A stretch of DNA of 64,000 nt from a bacterium (GTDB taxonomy: Bacteria; Krumholzibacteriota; Krumholzibacteriia; JACNKJ01), in contig JAAEPZ010000538.1 of NCBI GenBank assembly GCA_024231955.1, positions 766,551 to 830,550 of the forward strand, given 5' to 3'. The position numbers and the translations under genes are program-made. The notes under the pieces are model-generated. The model saw only the letters and a list, made by a program, of their open reading frames with translations. It was not told the DNA's origin and searched no databases. Positions 19,103 to 32,213 of the stretch are shown one piece after another (the first letter of the stretch is position 1; every line of letters begins with the position of its first letter).

Positions 19103-20614
19103 ATGAAGATCCGCCCGGAAGAGATCACGACCATCATCAAGTCTGAGATTGCGGGTTTCGAGGGTGGCCTGGAGGTCGAGGAGACCGGGCAGGTCCTCGA
19201 GATCGGCGACGGCATCGCACGTATCTACGGCCTCTCCAAATGCATGGCCGGCGAGTTGCTGGAGTTCTCCAACGGCACCATGGGCATGGCCCTGAACCTG
19301 GAAGAGGACAACATCGGCGCCGTGCTCATGGGAGATTTCCAGGAGATCAAGGAGGGCGACAGCGTCAAGCGCACCGGGCGGGTTATCTCCGTGCCGGTGG
19401 GCGAGGGGTTGCTCGGCCGCGTGGTGACGCCGCTCGGAGAACCTCTGGACGGCAAGGGGCCGATCCAGAGTGAGAACTTCCGCCCCGTGGAGTTCCTGGC
19501 GCCCGGCATCATCGAACGTCAGCCCGTGAAGGAGGCGTTGCAGACCGGCCTCAAGCCCATCGATTCGATGACGCCCATCGGGCGCGGTCAGCGTGAGCTG
19601 ATCATCGGCGATCGCAGCACCGGCAAAACCGCCATCGCGCTGGACACGATCATCAATCAGAAGGACACGGATGTGATCTGTGTCTACGTGGCCGTCGGCC
19701 AGAAGGCCTCCACCGTGGCGGCCGTGGTTGAGAATCTCCGCAAGCATGGAGCGATGGACTACACCATCGTGGTTGCGGCTACCGCTTCCGATCCCGCGCC
19801 GCTGCAGTACATCGCGCCCTATGCCGGTTGCGCCATGGCCGAGTACTTCATGTACGAGAAGCATGGCCACACGCTTTGCGTTTACGACGATCTTTCCAAG
19901 CAGGCCGTCGCTTATCGGCAGCTATCCCTGCTGTTGCGGCGCCCGCCGGGACGCGAAGCGTTCCCCGGGGACGTGTTCTACCTGCACAGCCGCCTGCTCG
20001 AACGCGCGGTCAAGCTGAACGACGAACTGGGTGGCGGCAGCCTGACTGCGCTGCCGATCATCGAAACCCAGCAGAGTGATGTGACCGCCTATATCCCGAC
20101 CAATGTGATCTCGATCACGGATGGCCAGATCTTCCTCGAACCCGATCTCTTCAACCAGGGTGTGCGTCCGGCGATCAATGTCGGCATCAGCGTCTCCCGC
20201 GTGGGCGGCAACGCCCAGACCAAGGCGATGCGTTCGGTTGCGGGCAGCCTGCGGCTGACGTTGGCCCAGTACCGCGAACTCGAGGCTTTCGCCCAGTTCG
20301 GTTCGGAGCTGGACAAGGCCACGCAGGCCGCTCTCTCCCTTGGTGAGCGGATGGTCGAGGTCCTCAAACAGGATCAGTGGGTGCCGATGAGTATGGCCGA
20401 ACAGGTGATGATCATCTACACGGGGCTCAACGGGCATCTCAAGGATGTCGAGGTGGAGCAGGTCAGAACATTCGAGGAGCAGTTCCTGAGCTTCATGAAG
20501 GCTCAACATCCCGAGGTCGGCGCAGCGATCGCGGCCGAGGGTGTGATCAGTGATGAAACCGAGTCGAAACTGAAGTCGGCTCTCACGGAATTCCTGCAGC
20601 AATTCGCGGTATAG
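19103..20614 (+). CDS. atpA: ATP synthase F1 subunit alpha
   Basis: [38 protein letters not shown]. Confidence 0.99.
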   Translation: MKIRPEEITTIIKSEIAGFEGGLEVEETGQVLEIGDGIARIYGLSKCMAGELLEFSNGTMGMALNLEEDNIGAVLMGDFQEIKEGDSVKRTGRVISVPVGEGLLGRVVTPLGEPLDGKGPIQSENFRPVEFLAPGIIERQPVKEALQTGLKPIDSMTPIGRGQRELIIGDRSTGKTAIALDTIINQKDTDVICVYVAVGQKASTVAAVVENLRKHGAMDYTIVVAATASDPAPLQYIAPYAGCAMAEYFMYEKHGHTLCVYDDLSKQAVAYRQLSLLLRRPPGREAFPGDVFYLHSRLLERAVKLNDELGGGSLTALPIIETQQSDVTAYIPTNVISITDGQIFLEPDLFNQGVRPAINVGISVSRVGGNAQTKAMRSVAGSLRLTLAQYRELEAFAQFGSELDKATQAALSLGERMVEVLKQDQWVPMSMAEQVMIIYTGLNGHLKDVEVEQVRTFEEQFLSFMKAQHPEVGAAIAAEGVISDETESKLKSALTEFLQQFAV

Positions 20615-20621
20615 GGGACCC

Positions 20622-23209
<2,588 letters not shown>

Positions 23210-23371
23210 TTTGAGATCCATCCCCGCAATATGTATTGAGAGACCCCGGAGCGTGAGCTGCGGGGTCTGTTGTATTGGCCTTGGTATTCGTGTATGCTTT
23301 ATGATAATTACGTTATACGAATTGAAACTCATAGCGGAATCCCTTGGCCCCGAATATGTGAGGTGCAAAGA

Positions 23372-25201
23372 ATGCCGTGTGGGGAAACATCCAGATTGAG
23401 CGTCAAAGTCATGGTGTGTGTTGTCATCGCGGTCAGCTCCCTGCTGATGAGTTGTCGGCTTGTCACCGAGGTGGAGAATGTTGCGGCCCTGAATGCGATT
23501 GTCGGCGAAACTACGTACCATGTCTCGGTAACGGGAAACAATGATGCCGATGGCCTCAGCCTGGAGACCGCCTGGCGAACGATAGATTATGCCGTCAATA
23601 CTGCAGATGCCGATGCCTTGGTCATTGTTCACGAGGGTGATTACCGGGAGAATTCGGGGGGCAACGGTTGTCTGAGCTTCACTGCGGAGATGGCCGATCT
23701 GCGACTGCAGGCGGCAGGTGAGGTCAGGATCCTGGCGGACGGCGCGGTGGAGCAGATCGTCCTGTTGCAGTACTGCAGCGGTTTTATCGAATTCGACGGA
23801 TTTGCCTTTGACGGGGAATCGGTTGTCGAGAGGGGAATCAAGGCCAACTGCGGCAACAAGAGGTTCGTTGATTGCCGCTTCCGGGCAGTGACCGATCTTG
23901 CAATAGAGATCCATGCCTCGTCGGCCGTCATGATCGAGGATTGCCTCTTTGGTTCGCCGGATCAACCTTTGGCCGCCGGAGGGGTGTATCTGAACGGTTC
24001 CGACGACTCTGCTGTTCGTGATTGCACATTTCATACTGCCGGCAATTCCGGCGATATAGTCTGTTGCTATGCGACGGACGATATCCTGATCGCCTCCAAC
24101 ATGTTCGGATCGCAAACGGAACCGCTGCACGACAGCAACAATAATTGGGTTGTCGTAGTGGAGGATGCCCAGGCACCCGTTATAGAACACAATACGTTTC
24201 ATATGCTGGAGGGCCGCTGCATCAGGGCTCGTCAAGTCTATGTCGATGTCGCCGGGATCGTCATCCGCAACAATGTGTTCCTGCACCAGGTTCTTTCGGC
24301 GGATTATTCGATCAGCGTTGGTCGTGAGGATCCGTGGGGCGCATCCAATTCGTCATCACTTATCTGCGGCAATATCCTGGACATCCCCACCGGCGATTCG
24401 ACGAAGCACAACATCTTCGTCGGCTACACTCTGGATCCCGTTATCAGGGACAATGTCTCCCATGGCGGCGGATTCGGATTGGGGATCAAGGGCAATGATC
24501 GCGCAGCGGTTTATCACAACTCCATCTACGATTGCGGCCGCCAGGGGATTGTCGACAAGGCGGGCCATGATTGCGAGTACTACGGCAACTACGTGAACAA
24601 TGCCTTCGGGGAGTGTGTGCGGATGACCGACGATATCTATTCCGGACGTGAGGTTCTGGATTCATACTGGCACGACAATACTCTGGTCGCTCATCCGCCG
24701 CATGCCGCCTACTGTGTCGACTCCCCGGTTGATCCGGTAAACGCCCGAATTCTATGTGACGACCACTATTTCGAACTTGAGGAATCGGCCCAGATACTCC
24801 TCACCTACCATGGCTTTCGTCACGACCTGACGTATGTTCGCAGTGAATTCGGTTGGGACCTGAACTCCAGTTTGACGGCCTCCATGGAGTTCCCCTCTTT
24901 TGTCGACATCGGTTGCATTCAACCGGGTCCCCGCTGGGCCAAGATCAGCTGTGAGATGTCCGAAGTGTGCGCTGGACAGCTACGCTACTGGAGCGAGAGT
25001 AGGGAGTGGACACGGCAGGTGGAGGATCCGACAATGATCGTGGAATTTGAACTTGAGCAGTTGCCGACCAACACCCGGATCTACTATCAGGCGGAACTGA
25101 TCGACCTGGACGGCAATTCCGTTCTCTCGCCCATCGCCTCCTTCAAGACGGGTCATCGCAGAAAATCAAAGATGCATTTTACGGAGGTCAACAGCGACTA
25201 G
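23372..25201 (+). CDS. Right-handed beta-helix (pectin-lyase-like) putative lipoprotein with FN3-like C-terminus; start uncertain
   Basis: Lipobox-like SLLMSC; YHVSVTGNNDADGLSLETAWRTIDYAV; repeated I.dN.f motifs; LEQLPTNTRIYY. Confidence 0.7.
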   Translation: MPCGETSRLSVKVMVCVVIAVSSLLMSCRLVTEVENVAALNAIVGETTYHVSVTGNNDADGLSLETAWRTIDYAVNTADADALVIVHEGDYRENSGGNGCLSFTAEMADLRLQAAGEVRILADGAVEQIVLLQYCSGFIEFDGFAFDGESVVERGIKANCGNKRFVDCRFRAVTDLAIEIHASSAVMIEDCLFGSPDQPLAAGGVYLNGSDDSAVRDCTFHTAGNSGDIVCCYATDDILIASNMFGSQTEPLHDSNNNWVVVVEDAQAPVIEHNTFHMLEGRCIRARQVYVDVAGIVIRNNVFLHQVLSADYSISVGREDPWGASNSSSLICGNILDIPTGDSTKHNIFVGYTLDPVIRDNVSHGGGFGLGIKGNDRAAVYHNSIYDCGRQGIVDKAGHDCEYYGNYVNNAFGECVRMTDDIYSGREVLDSYWHDNTLVAHPPHAAYCVDSPVDPVNARILCDDHYFELEESAQILLTYHGFRHDLTYVRSEFGWDLNSSLTASMEFPSFVDIGCIQPGPRWAKISCEMSEVCAGQLRYWSESREWTRQVEDPTMIVEFELEQLPTNTRIYYQAELIDLDGNSVLSPIASFKTGHRRKSKMHFTEVNSD

Positions 25202-25272
25202 GCTGAAGCCGAGGCAACCAGCTGCTGCGGCGGATCTCCCCAGCGTCAAGGCACCGAGAGCCGATGTGCCGG

Positions 25273-26502
25273 TCAGCGGATCATAGTGATCTTGTGGGAC
25301 GCGGTTGCCGTTTCAGTCCGGAGCCGCAGGAGGTAGACGCCAGAGCCCAACTGCTCGCCCAGGCTGTTGCATCCGTCCCAGGTGATCGTCAAAGTTCCCC
25401 CATTACGCCAACCCTGAGCCAGCACGGCATGACGGAGACCGTTTGCGTCGTGGACGCTCAGCGTGATCTCCCCGGCAGCCGGCAGTGAACAGCTGATGGT
25501 CGTGCGGGGATTGAACGGATTGGGGTAACAGGTCAACATCCCGGCCGGGGCGGCCGGCGTCTCTCCGATGACGGAATAGTCAAAGTAGTCGCTGATATCC
25601 TCGATGAGCGGCGGATGCTCTTTGGTCGCGGTGATCAACTCGCCATTCTCCAGGCGGATCCAGCGTGCCTGCTCGTGGCCGGGATAGCGCGAAGCGATTG
25701 CCGTGGTGCCGGCATCCAATCCAGCTGCATTCGTGTAGAACAGATCAGCACCCTCGCGGTAGGCCCAAAGTGTGGCGCCGTCACTCAGTATGAAGTTGAG
25801 CGAGTGATATTCTCCGGGCAGGAAGGCCCGCAATTTCAGGATCACTTCACCCAGACCGGCTTTGACGTCCCAGCCGTGCTCCTCGACGGTTTGCATGACA
25901 TACATGAAGTAGAGTTCGCTGTCGATCCAATCCTGCGGATTGTCGCCATTGACCGGGGGGTGCAGCGTGAAGTAATCCGTGGGGATCAGATCAAGCAACA
26001 CGCTCTTCAGAATCGAACCGTTGTGAGCGAGAAACCAGTGCTTGCCGTTCAGCTCGCGATAGAAGGGGTGGGGATTGGGGATTTCGCAGAGACCGGAGGA
26101 GCAATTACGGACATGGGCAAAACAGACTTCGGGAAACAACTCGGCTCTGGCGATTACCGTCGGGTCGAATTCGGGATCGTTGATCGCAGCCAGGCTGCTC
26201 CGATTGATGACGGGCTCGGCACCCTCATCGGCGAAGGTGACCAGTCCCCAACCATTGCGATTGGTTGAACTCAGCTCCTTGAGAGAGTAGGGCGCGTAGA
26301 TGAGATGATCCTGGATCAGCTCGGAGCGGATCTCCGAGGAGATCGCACCCCACAGCCGGCAGTTGTGGTGGGCGGGTTCGCCGGAGAGATGATCGGGGAT
26401 TGCGGCGACCGGCGCGCCCCACTCCGGTGTCCGGCCGCTACCGACTGTAATCGCAAGCAGTATGACCGAAAAGAGCATTATGATTGTGATTCGTCCACGC
26501 AT
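25273..26502 (-). CDS. Secreted class II glutamine amidotransferase-like (Ntn, EgtC/YafJ-like) protein with FlgD-Ig tail
   Basis: CRLWG, NGWG, AHVR, NPHPF, AHNG, DSE motifs; signal peptide; YPNPFNP tail. Confidence 0.8.
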   Translation of the reverse strand: MRGRITIIMLFSVILLAITVGSGRTPEWGAPVAAIPDHLSGEPAHHNCRLWGAISSEIRSELIQDHLIYAPYSLKELSSTNRNGWGLVTFADEGAEPVINRSSLAAINDPEFDPTVIARAELFPEVCFAHVRNCSSGLCEIPNPHPFYRELNGKHWFLAHNGSILKSVLLDLIPTDYFTLHPPVNGDNPQDWIDSELYFMYVMQTVEEHGWDVKAGLGEVILKLRAFLPGEYHSLNFILSDGATLWAYREGADLFYTNAAGLDAGTTAIASRYPGHEQARWIRLENGELITATKEHPPLIEDISDYFDYSVIGETPAAPAGMLTCYPNPFNPRTTISCSLPAAGEITLSVHDANGLRHAVLAQGWRNGGTLTITWDGCNSLGEQLGSGVYLLRLRTETATASHKITMIR

Positions 26503-26851
26503 CTTGTGTCCCCCTGATAGCACAATCAGTATACACGATTCATTGAGATGTGGGTATCCATGCCTGGGCAATCGGGGCGACAACTCTCGCCCCCGACGGT
26601 CGATTTATACGATTTGCCGACCGGCATGAAGTGGCTATTTTGCCGATTTGTATCCTGGCATACATTTCCGGCTCTGTCCGTCTTGCTCGCTGATCAATCT
26701 CTGCTATCCTGACCATGCGCACTCTGGATGCGTCGGCCGGGTGCAGGTGTCGCGCAACCGGGGATCGCCGGTTATTGAATCGGATTCGAGCCTGACGAGG
26801 AGCGCCACGTGCTCCTCTCTCTCCGCCGGGAGGCTGAGATTCCAGACAGCA

Positions 26852-27586
26852 ATGGAGAAGTCGGTGAAAATCAAAGTAGTATACGACAATAAGGTCGGAG
26901 TGCCCGGACTGGTTGAGGATTGGGGTTTTGCCTGCCTTATCGAGAGCGGTTCCGAACGGATTCTTTTCGATACCGGTGCCGAAGGTGAGATACTCATCGA
27001 CAACATGCGCCGCATGAACATCCCCCCGACCTCCATCGAGAGGATCGTCATCTCGCACGACGACTGGGATCACGCAGGTGGATTGTCCGCAATACTCGAC
27101 GTCTGCGATGCTCCTCAGGTCCATGTCCTCCCCTCTTTTGATCGCGACCTCCTCGACACGGCGAAACGGAGCGGGCAGCTCGCTCCGGTGGACGCTCCCG
27201 GCTGGTTGACCGACAAGATCTGGAGCACGGGGCCGCTGCCGAGAATCAATCCCGTCACGGAGACCGGCGACGAACAGGCGCTGGCGATCAAGGGGCGGCA
27301 CGGCTTTCTGCTCCTTACAGGCTGTGCGCATCCCGGGTTGATCAATCTTGTTCAACACTGCCGCAAGGAGCTGGGGTCCGCTCCCAGGATGATCATGGGG
27401 GGGCTTCATCTCAAGGATCTGTCCAATGAGGAGGTGACCGGTGTCATCGCCGAATTGCGTGGGATGGGGGTTGCGAGAATTGCGCCCTGTCACTGCACCG
27501 GCGCCGAGGCGATGAGGCAACTTGGTTCAGCCTATTGCACCAATTACGTGGAGTCGGCCGTTGGCGAGATAATCGAGTGGCCGTGA
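26852..27586 (+). CDS. MBL-fold metallo-hydrolase
   Basis: WGFACLIE, LFDTG, SHDDWDHAGG, TGCAHPG, GGLH, PCHCTG. Confidence 0.88.
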   Translation: MEKSVKIKVVYDNKVGVPGLVEDWGFACLIESGSERILFDTGAEGEILIDNMRRMNIPPTSIERIVISHDDWDHAGGLSAILDVCDAPQVHVLPSFDRDLLDTAKRSGQLAPVDAPGWLTDKIWSTGPLPRINPVTETGDEQALAIKGRHGFLLLTGCAHPGLINLVQHCRKELGSAPRMIMGGLHLKDLSNEEVTGVIAELRGMGVARIAPCHCTGAEAMRQLGSAYCTNYVESAVGEIIEWP

Positions 27587-27697
27587 TACCCCGATGACGT
27601 CGGATATCCCGTTCGAAAATATCATCCGCAACACCTGAACCGATAGCCCTCCCGGGATGGGAGTGCTACAGTGGTGGCCCCAAACCACCGAGGTGTC

Positions 27698-28807
27698 ATG
27701 AACGTTGACGGCAAAGCATACAGGAGCATCCGGCTCGTTGACGATAACCGCTCGGTCGAAATCATCGATCAGACGGCACTGCCGCATCTGTTCCGCACCA
27801 TTGCTCTGAGCACGATGGCCGACGCCGCAAATGCCATCGCCGGCATGCAGGTGCGGGGCGCGCCGCTTATCGGCGCCACTGCCGCCTGCGGTCTGGCTCT
27901 GGCGATGAATCATGATCCCTCGGATGCCAACCTCGATCATACCCTTCGCACACTGGCCGCTACCCGACCGACCGCCGTCAATCTGATGTGGGCCCTGAAG
28001 CGTGTCGGCGAGGTGTTGCTGCCGCTGCCCCCGCGGGACAGGGGGGAGGTCGCCTGGGAGCTGGCCGGGGAGATCTGCGATGAGGATGTGGCGCTCAATC
28101 GCGCACTGGGCGAGCGGGGGTTGCCCCTGATCGAGGCGATCTGGGACGTGAAGGGGCGCGCGGACAGAGTGGATGTCCTGACCCACTGCAATGCCGGCTG
28201 GTTGGCGACGGTGGATTGGGGGACCGCGCTGGCGCCGATCTACCTGGCCCATGAGCGGGGCATCCCGGTTCATGTCTGGGTGGACGAAACCCGCCCGCGC
28301 AATCAGGGGGCAAGCCTCACCGCCTGGGAGTTGACGCGTCACGGCATCCCCTGCACGTTGATCGTCGACAACGCCGGTGGTCATCTGATGCGTCAGGGGC
28401 GGGTGGACATCTGTTTCGTCGGCACCGACCGCACAACCGCGAGAGGCGATGTCTGCAACAAGATCGGCACCTATCTCAAGGCGCTGGCTGCCCGGGACAA
28501 CAACCTGCCGTTCCATGTCTGCGCACCATCGCCCAGCATCGACTGGTCTGTCGAGGATGGCCTCGCCGAGATACCGATAGAGGATCGCGGGGCTGAGGAG
28601 GTCACGACAATGAGCGGCCTGGCGCCCGAGGGGGAGGTCGTCAATGTGGACATCGCACCCGCCGGTGTGATGGTGAGCAATCCAGGCTTCGATGTGACCC
28701 CCGCCCGACTGATCACCGGACTGATCACCGAACGCGGCGTCTGCCCGGCCACCCGTGCCGGACTGGCCGGGCTCTTCCCCGAATTCGCATCGGATCCGAA
28801 GCGCTAG
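27698..28807 (+). CDS. mtnA: S-methyl-5-thioribose-1-phosphate isomerase
   Basis: [49 protein letters not shown]. Confidence 0.95.
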   Translation: MNVDGKAYRSIRLVDDNRSVEIIDQTALPHLFRTIALSTMADAANAIAGMQVRGAPLIGATAACGLALAMNHDPSDANLDHTLRTLAATRPTAVNLMWALKRVGEVLLPLPPRDRGEVAWELAGEICDEDVALNRALGERGLPLIEAIWDVKGRADRVDVLTHCNAGWLATVDWGTALAPIYLAHERGIPVHVWVDETRPRNQGASLTAWELTRHGIPCTLIVDNAGGHLMRQGRVDICFVGTDRTTARGDVCNKIGTYLKALAARDNNLPFHVCAPSPSIDWSVEDGLAEIPIEDRGAEEVTTMSGLAPEGEVVNVDIAPAGVMVSNPGFDVTPARLITGLITERGVCPATRAGLAGLFPEFASDPKR

Positions 28808-28822
28808 AGGAGTGTGCTTGAG

Positions 28823-29494
28823 ATGAACAGCAAGGGACAATCGCCGCGCGCAGAGCTGCTGGCCGTCGCCAGGCAGTTGAATGCCGGCGGCCTGAACCAG
28901 GGCACATCGGGGAACCTGAGCATCCGCAGTGGCGGGAACCTTTTGATCACGCCGTCCGCCGTCCCCTACGATGAGATGGGGGAGGGTGACCTCGTCGAGA
29001 TGACCCTGACGGGCGATGTGCTGTCCGGCGGCAAGCCTTCGTCGGAATGGCGCTTCCACTGCGACATCCTCGCCGGGCGGGATGATGTTTCCGCCGTGCT
29101 GCACGCACATCCCGCATTCAGCACAGCACTGGCCTGTCTGCACCGGGAGATCCCCGCCTTCCACTACATGGTAGCTGCGGCCGGGGGCAACTCGATCCGT
29201 TGTGCGCCCTACGCCACCTTCGGCACGCCGGAGCTCTCCACCGCTGCGGCAGCCGCTTTGGCCGAGCGACGCGCCTGTCTGCTGGCCCAACATGGCATCA
29301 TCACCCTGGGCGCCACTCCGCGCGGTGCGCTGGATCTGGCGATCGAGGTGGAGGCGCTTGCGGCTCAGTACCTGCGCGTTTTACAGATAGGGGAACCGCG
29401 GCTGCTCGACGACGTCGAGATGAACCGCGTTCTTGCCGCTTTCAAGGATTATCGTCCCGGGGAACAAGGAGAGTGTCATGAGCCGCACCGATGA
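28823..29494 (+). CDS. Class II aldolase (FucA/Ald2-like)
   Basis: GTSGNLS, KPSSEWRFH, VLHAH, PAFHYMVA, LAQHG. Confidence 0.9.
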   Translation: MNSKGQSPRAELLAVARQLNAGGLNQGTSGNLSIRSGGNLLITPSAVPYDEMGEGDLVEMTLTGDVLSGGKPSSEWRFHCDILAGRDDVSAVLHAHPAFSTALACLHREIPAFHYMVAAAGGNSIRCAPYATFGTPELSTAAAAALAERRACLLAQHGIITLGATPRGALDLAIEVEALAAQYLRVLQIGEPRLLDDVEMNRVLAAFKDYRPGEQGECHEPHR

Positions 29495-29825
29495 GTTCAA
29501 TGAGTTTCGCGAGCGGATGAACCGGAAGATTCTGGATGCCGACAACAAGGCGATAACGAGATTCTTCGGTGTCGATTCGTTGACCTACAGGGAGGGAGCG
29601 CTGGATGTGCGGACCAAGGAGATGCTGGGCCTGGTTTCATCGCTGGTGCTCCGTTGCGACGACTGCATCGCCTACCACATCATCAAGTGCAGGGAGCAGG
29701 GTGTGCCGGACAGGGAGTTCTTCGACATCTTCAGCGTTGCCCTGACGGTCGGCGGCAGCATCGTTATTCCCCATCTGAGACGGGCGGTGGCGCTGCTTGA
29801 GGAGCATCCGGAGAGATCGGATTGA
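29478..29825 (+). CDS. Carboxymuconolactone decarboxylase / AhpD-like protein
   Basis: KEMLGLVSSLVLRCDDCIAYH; GGSIVIPHLR. Confidence 0.88.
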   Translation: MSRTDEFNEFRERMNRKILDADNKAITRFFGVDSLTYREGALDVRTKEMLGLVSSLVLRCDDCIAYHIIKCREQGVPDREFFDIFSVALTVGGSIVIPHLRRAVALLEEHPERSD

Positions 29826-30068
29826 CGGCGCAACCATGAGCTGACGCCGCAATCCTGACGAAGCACTGGCGAAAATCCGGTCGATGGTGTAGTATGACCC
29901 CATCGATCGGGCTCCCGCCCGAGCGGCGAACAACAGGATCTCGATTCATTACATAAAGATCACGCCGCCAACTGACACGTCTTACCCTTCGCTGTTGTGT
30001 GGGTCGGAGAATTACGACCGAGCTGTACAGGTATGTCCTGCAGTCTCGCAGCGGAGATCAAACAAAAT

Positions 30069-31364
30069 ATGTCCAAAGCATCAGCCAAAGCCCCGACCGG
30101 CTTCGACCGGTTCGGGCTCGATGAATCCATTGTGCGCGGCATTCGTGCCGCAGGCTTCAAGAAACCCCGTTCGATCCAGAGCGAAACCATCCCCGCCGGC
30201 CGCGAGGGCCGCGATGTTCTGGGCCTCGCCCAGACCGGTACCGGCAAAACGGCCGCTTTCGCGTTGCCGTTGCTGGACAGGATAATGTACAAGCATCGCC
30301 GGGGAACCAGCGTTCTGGTGCTCGCGCCCACGCGCGAACTGGCCAATCAGATAACCGAGGAGATCCGACAGCTTGCCCGCTATACGCAGATAAAGGTGGT
30401 TACCGTTTTTGGCGGCGTGCCGATGAAAAGACAGATTGATCAATTGCGACGCAGGCCGGAGATCGTAGTCGGTTGTCCTGGACGGGTACTCGATCTGCTG
30501 CAGCAGGGACGGCTCCATCTGGCTCATATCGAGTCGCTGGTTATCGATGAAGCGGATCATCTGTTCGACATGGGTTTCATGCCGGACGTTCGACAAATTC
30601 TGGACGCCCTGCCCCGCAAGCGACAGAATCTGCTGTTTTCGGCCACCATGCCCGATGAGATCCGCAAGCTGGCCGACGATCTGTTGCATGATCCGCAGGT
30701 CGTGGAGCTCTCCACCAGCGCGCCGGTCTCCACGATCGATCACGCGCTGATCATGATCCCCGAGGGGTGCAAACGCGACCTGCTCGAGCAGTTGCTCGCG
30801 GGTGACGACTGCCGCTCGGCCATCATCTTCACCCGTACGAAGAACCGCGTTCGTCGCCTGACGGAATATCTCGGCAAGTCTGGACATCGGGTTGCGGGTA
30901 TCCAGGGCAACCTGTCCCAGGCCCGGCGCGATCAGGTGATGCGCGGCTTCCGCAAGCACAAGTTCGATATCCTCGTGGCGACGGACATCGTGGCGCGCGG
31001 CATCGATGTGAGCGGCGTCTCCCACGTGATCAACTTCGACGTGCCGAACACGCCCGAGGCCTATACCCATCGTATCGGACGCACCGGACGTGCGGAACTC
31101 GAGGGGATCGCCTATACGTTCGTCACGAGGTTTGATCACGGCTGGCTTCGCGCAACGGAGCGGATGATCGGTTTCAAGATCAGCCGCAAGAAGGTCGACG
31201 GGTTCGAGCCGGATTTCAACGAACCCAGACCGTATCAGCACGGCGGCGCTCCGCGTGGCCAGTGGCGCGGCAATCGCTCCAGGAGCGGACCGGCTGAGGG
31301 CAAGGGGCAGAGCCGCTGGGGCCGTCCGCCGGGGCCCGGAGGCAGCCGCCGCCGCACGCGCTAA
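30069..31364 (+). CDS. DEAD-box RNA helicase (RhlE-like)
   Basis: AQTGTGKT, PTRELA, DEAD, SAT, ARGID, HRIGRTGR; basic G/R-rich tail. Confidence 0.95.
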   Translation: MSKASAKAPTGFDRFGLDESIVRGIRAAGFKKPRSIQSETIPAGREGRDVLGLAQTGTGKTAAFALPLLDRIMYKHRRGTSVLVLAPTRELANQITEEIRQLARYTQIKVVTVFGGVPMKRQIDQLRRRPEIVVGCPGRVLDLLQQGRLHLAHIESLVIDEADHLFDMGFMPDVRQILDALPRKRQNLLFSATMPDEIRKLADDLLHDPQVVELSTSAPVSTIDHALIMIPEGCKRDLLEQLLAGDDCRSAIIFTRTKNRVRRLTEYLGKSGHRVAGIQGNLSQARRDQVMRGFRKHKFDILVATDIVARGIDVSGVSHVINFDVPNTPEAYTHRIGRTGRAELEGIAYTFVTRFDHGWLRATERMIGFKISRKKVDGFEPDFNEPRPYQHGGAPRGQWRGNRSRSGPAEGKGQSRWGRPPGPGGSRRRTR

Positions 31365-31565
31365 GGCGGCACCACTTCATTCGACATGGGTAGCTCTTGA
31401 TATCCACCCCCCCGATCCGTATAGTCGCGGACAGAGTTATTGTCGTATACGGAACTTCGCGTCGGCGGGGACACACCTCGCCGGAATTTGCCGCGCATTT
31501 CACTTGATCTCGATGAATATCGCTATGACCGCCAGCCGTTGGACAAATCGCAATGGAGGGAATTC

Positions 31566-32153
31566 ATGGATACGAACACATTTCTTCAGGAGGAGTACCG
31601 AACGCTAAGGGAGGAGATCAAGGAGACGAAGTCACGCATCTACAAGACTCTTTCCTACGGATTGATAGTCGTGCCCGCGGCTCATTACCTCGCCAAATCA
31701 TATGAGCTTGAGATAGTGCTCTATTCAACTCCGTTGCTGGTGATCGTGGTTGCGCTGCTCTACCTTTCAGAGAACCATGGCCTCATGCGTTGTGGGAGAT
31801 ACATTCTCCTCGAGATCGAACCTCATGTCGAAGAGGTTTTCGGGTGGGAATCCTGGTTGGAGACTCAAGGCACTTTCGATCCCAGGACCGTGGATAAATT
31901 CGTCTCCATCTGCTTCTACGTGTTGTACCTGGTCTATTTCACGGGTTCTGTGTATCTGGCGACGATACGCGCCATCGATCGGATGGGGATGCTGGCGGCC
32001 TCATTGATTCTGGGGATCTACTCCGCTGTGGGACTCTGGTTTCTCATCTACCTGTTCAGGCATATCCGCACTACGACGCGCACGGTGCTAGACTCCGAGG
32101 AGAAGGTTGCCCAGGCAAGAGAGTTTACCCGCAGCCGTTCGAATATCGGTTAG
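31566..32153 (+). CDS. Hypothetical membrane protein (4 TM)
   Basis: RBS GGAGG; EYRTLREEI followed by TM helices; GWESWL. Confidence 0.7.
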   Translation: MDTNTFLQEEYRTLREEIKETKSRIYKTLSYGLIVVPAAHYLAKSYELEIVLYSTPLLVIVVALLYLSENHGLMRCGRYILLEIEPHVEEVFGWESWLETQGTFDPRTVDKFVSICFYVLYLVYFTGSVYLATIRAIDRMGMLAASLILGIYSAVGLWFLIYLFRHIRTTTRTVLDSEEKVAQAREFTRSRSNIG

Positions 32154-32213
32154 TCCTGATGAGCCGCCGACTGTCGTCCACAGGCGGGATCATCGCCGCC
32201 ACGGCGGTGCGGG

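Noticed and set aside
27640..27700. SAH/SAM riboswitch upstream of mtnA
   Set aside because: GGAGTGCTACAG only loosely resembles the SAH motif and the downstream CAGGCTC element is missing
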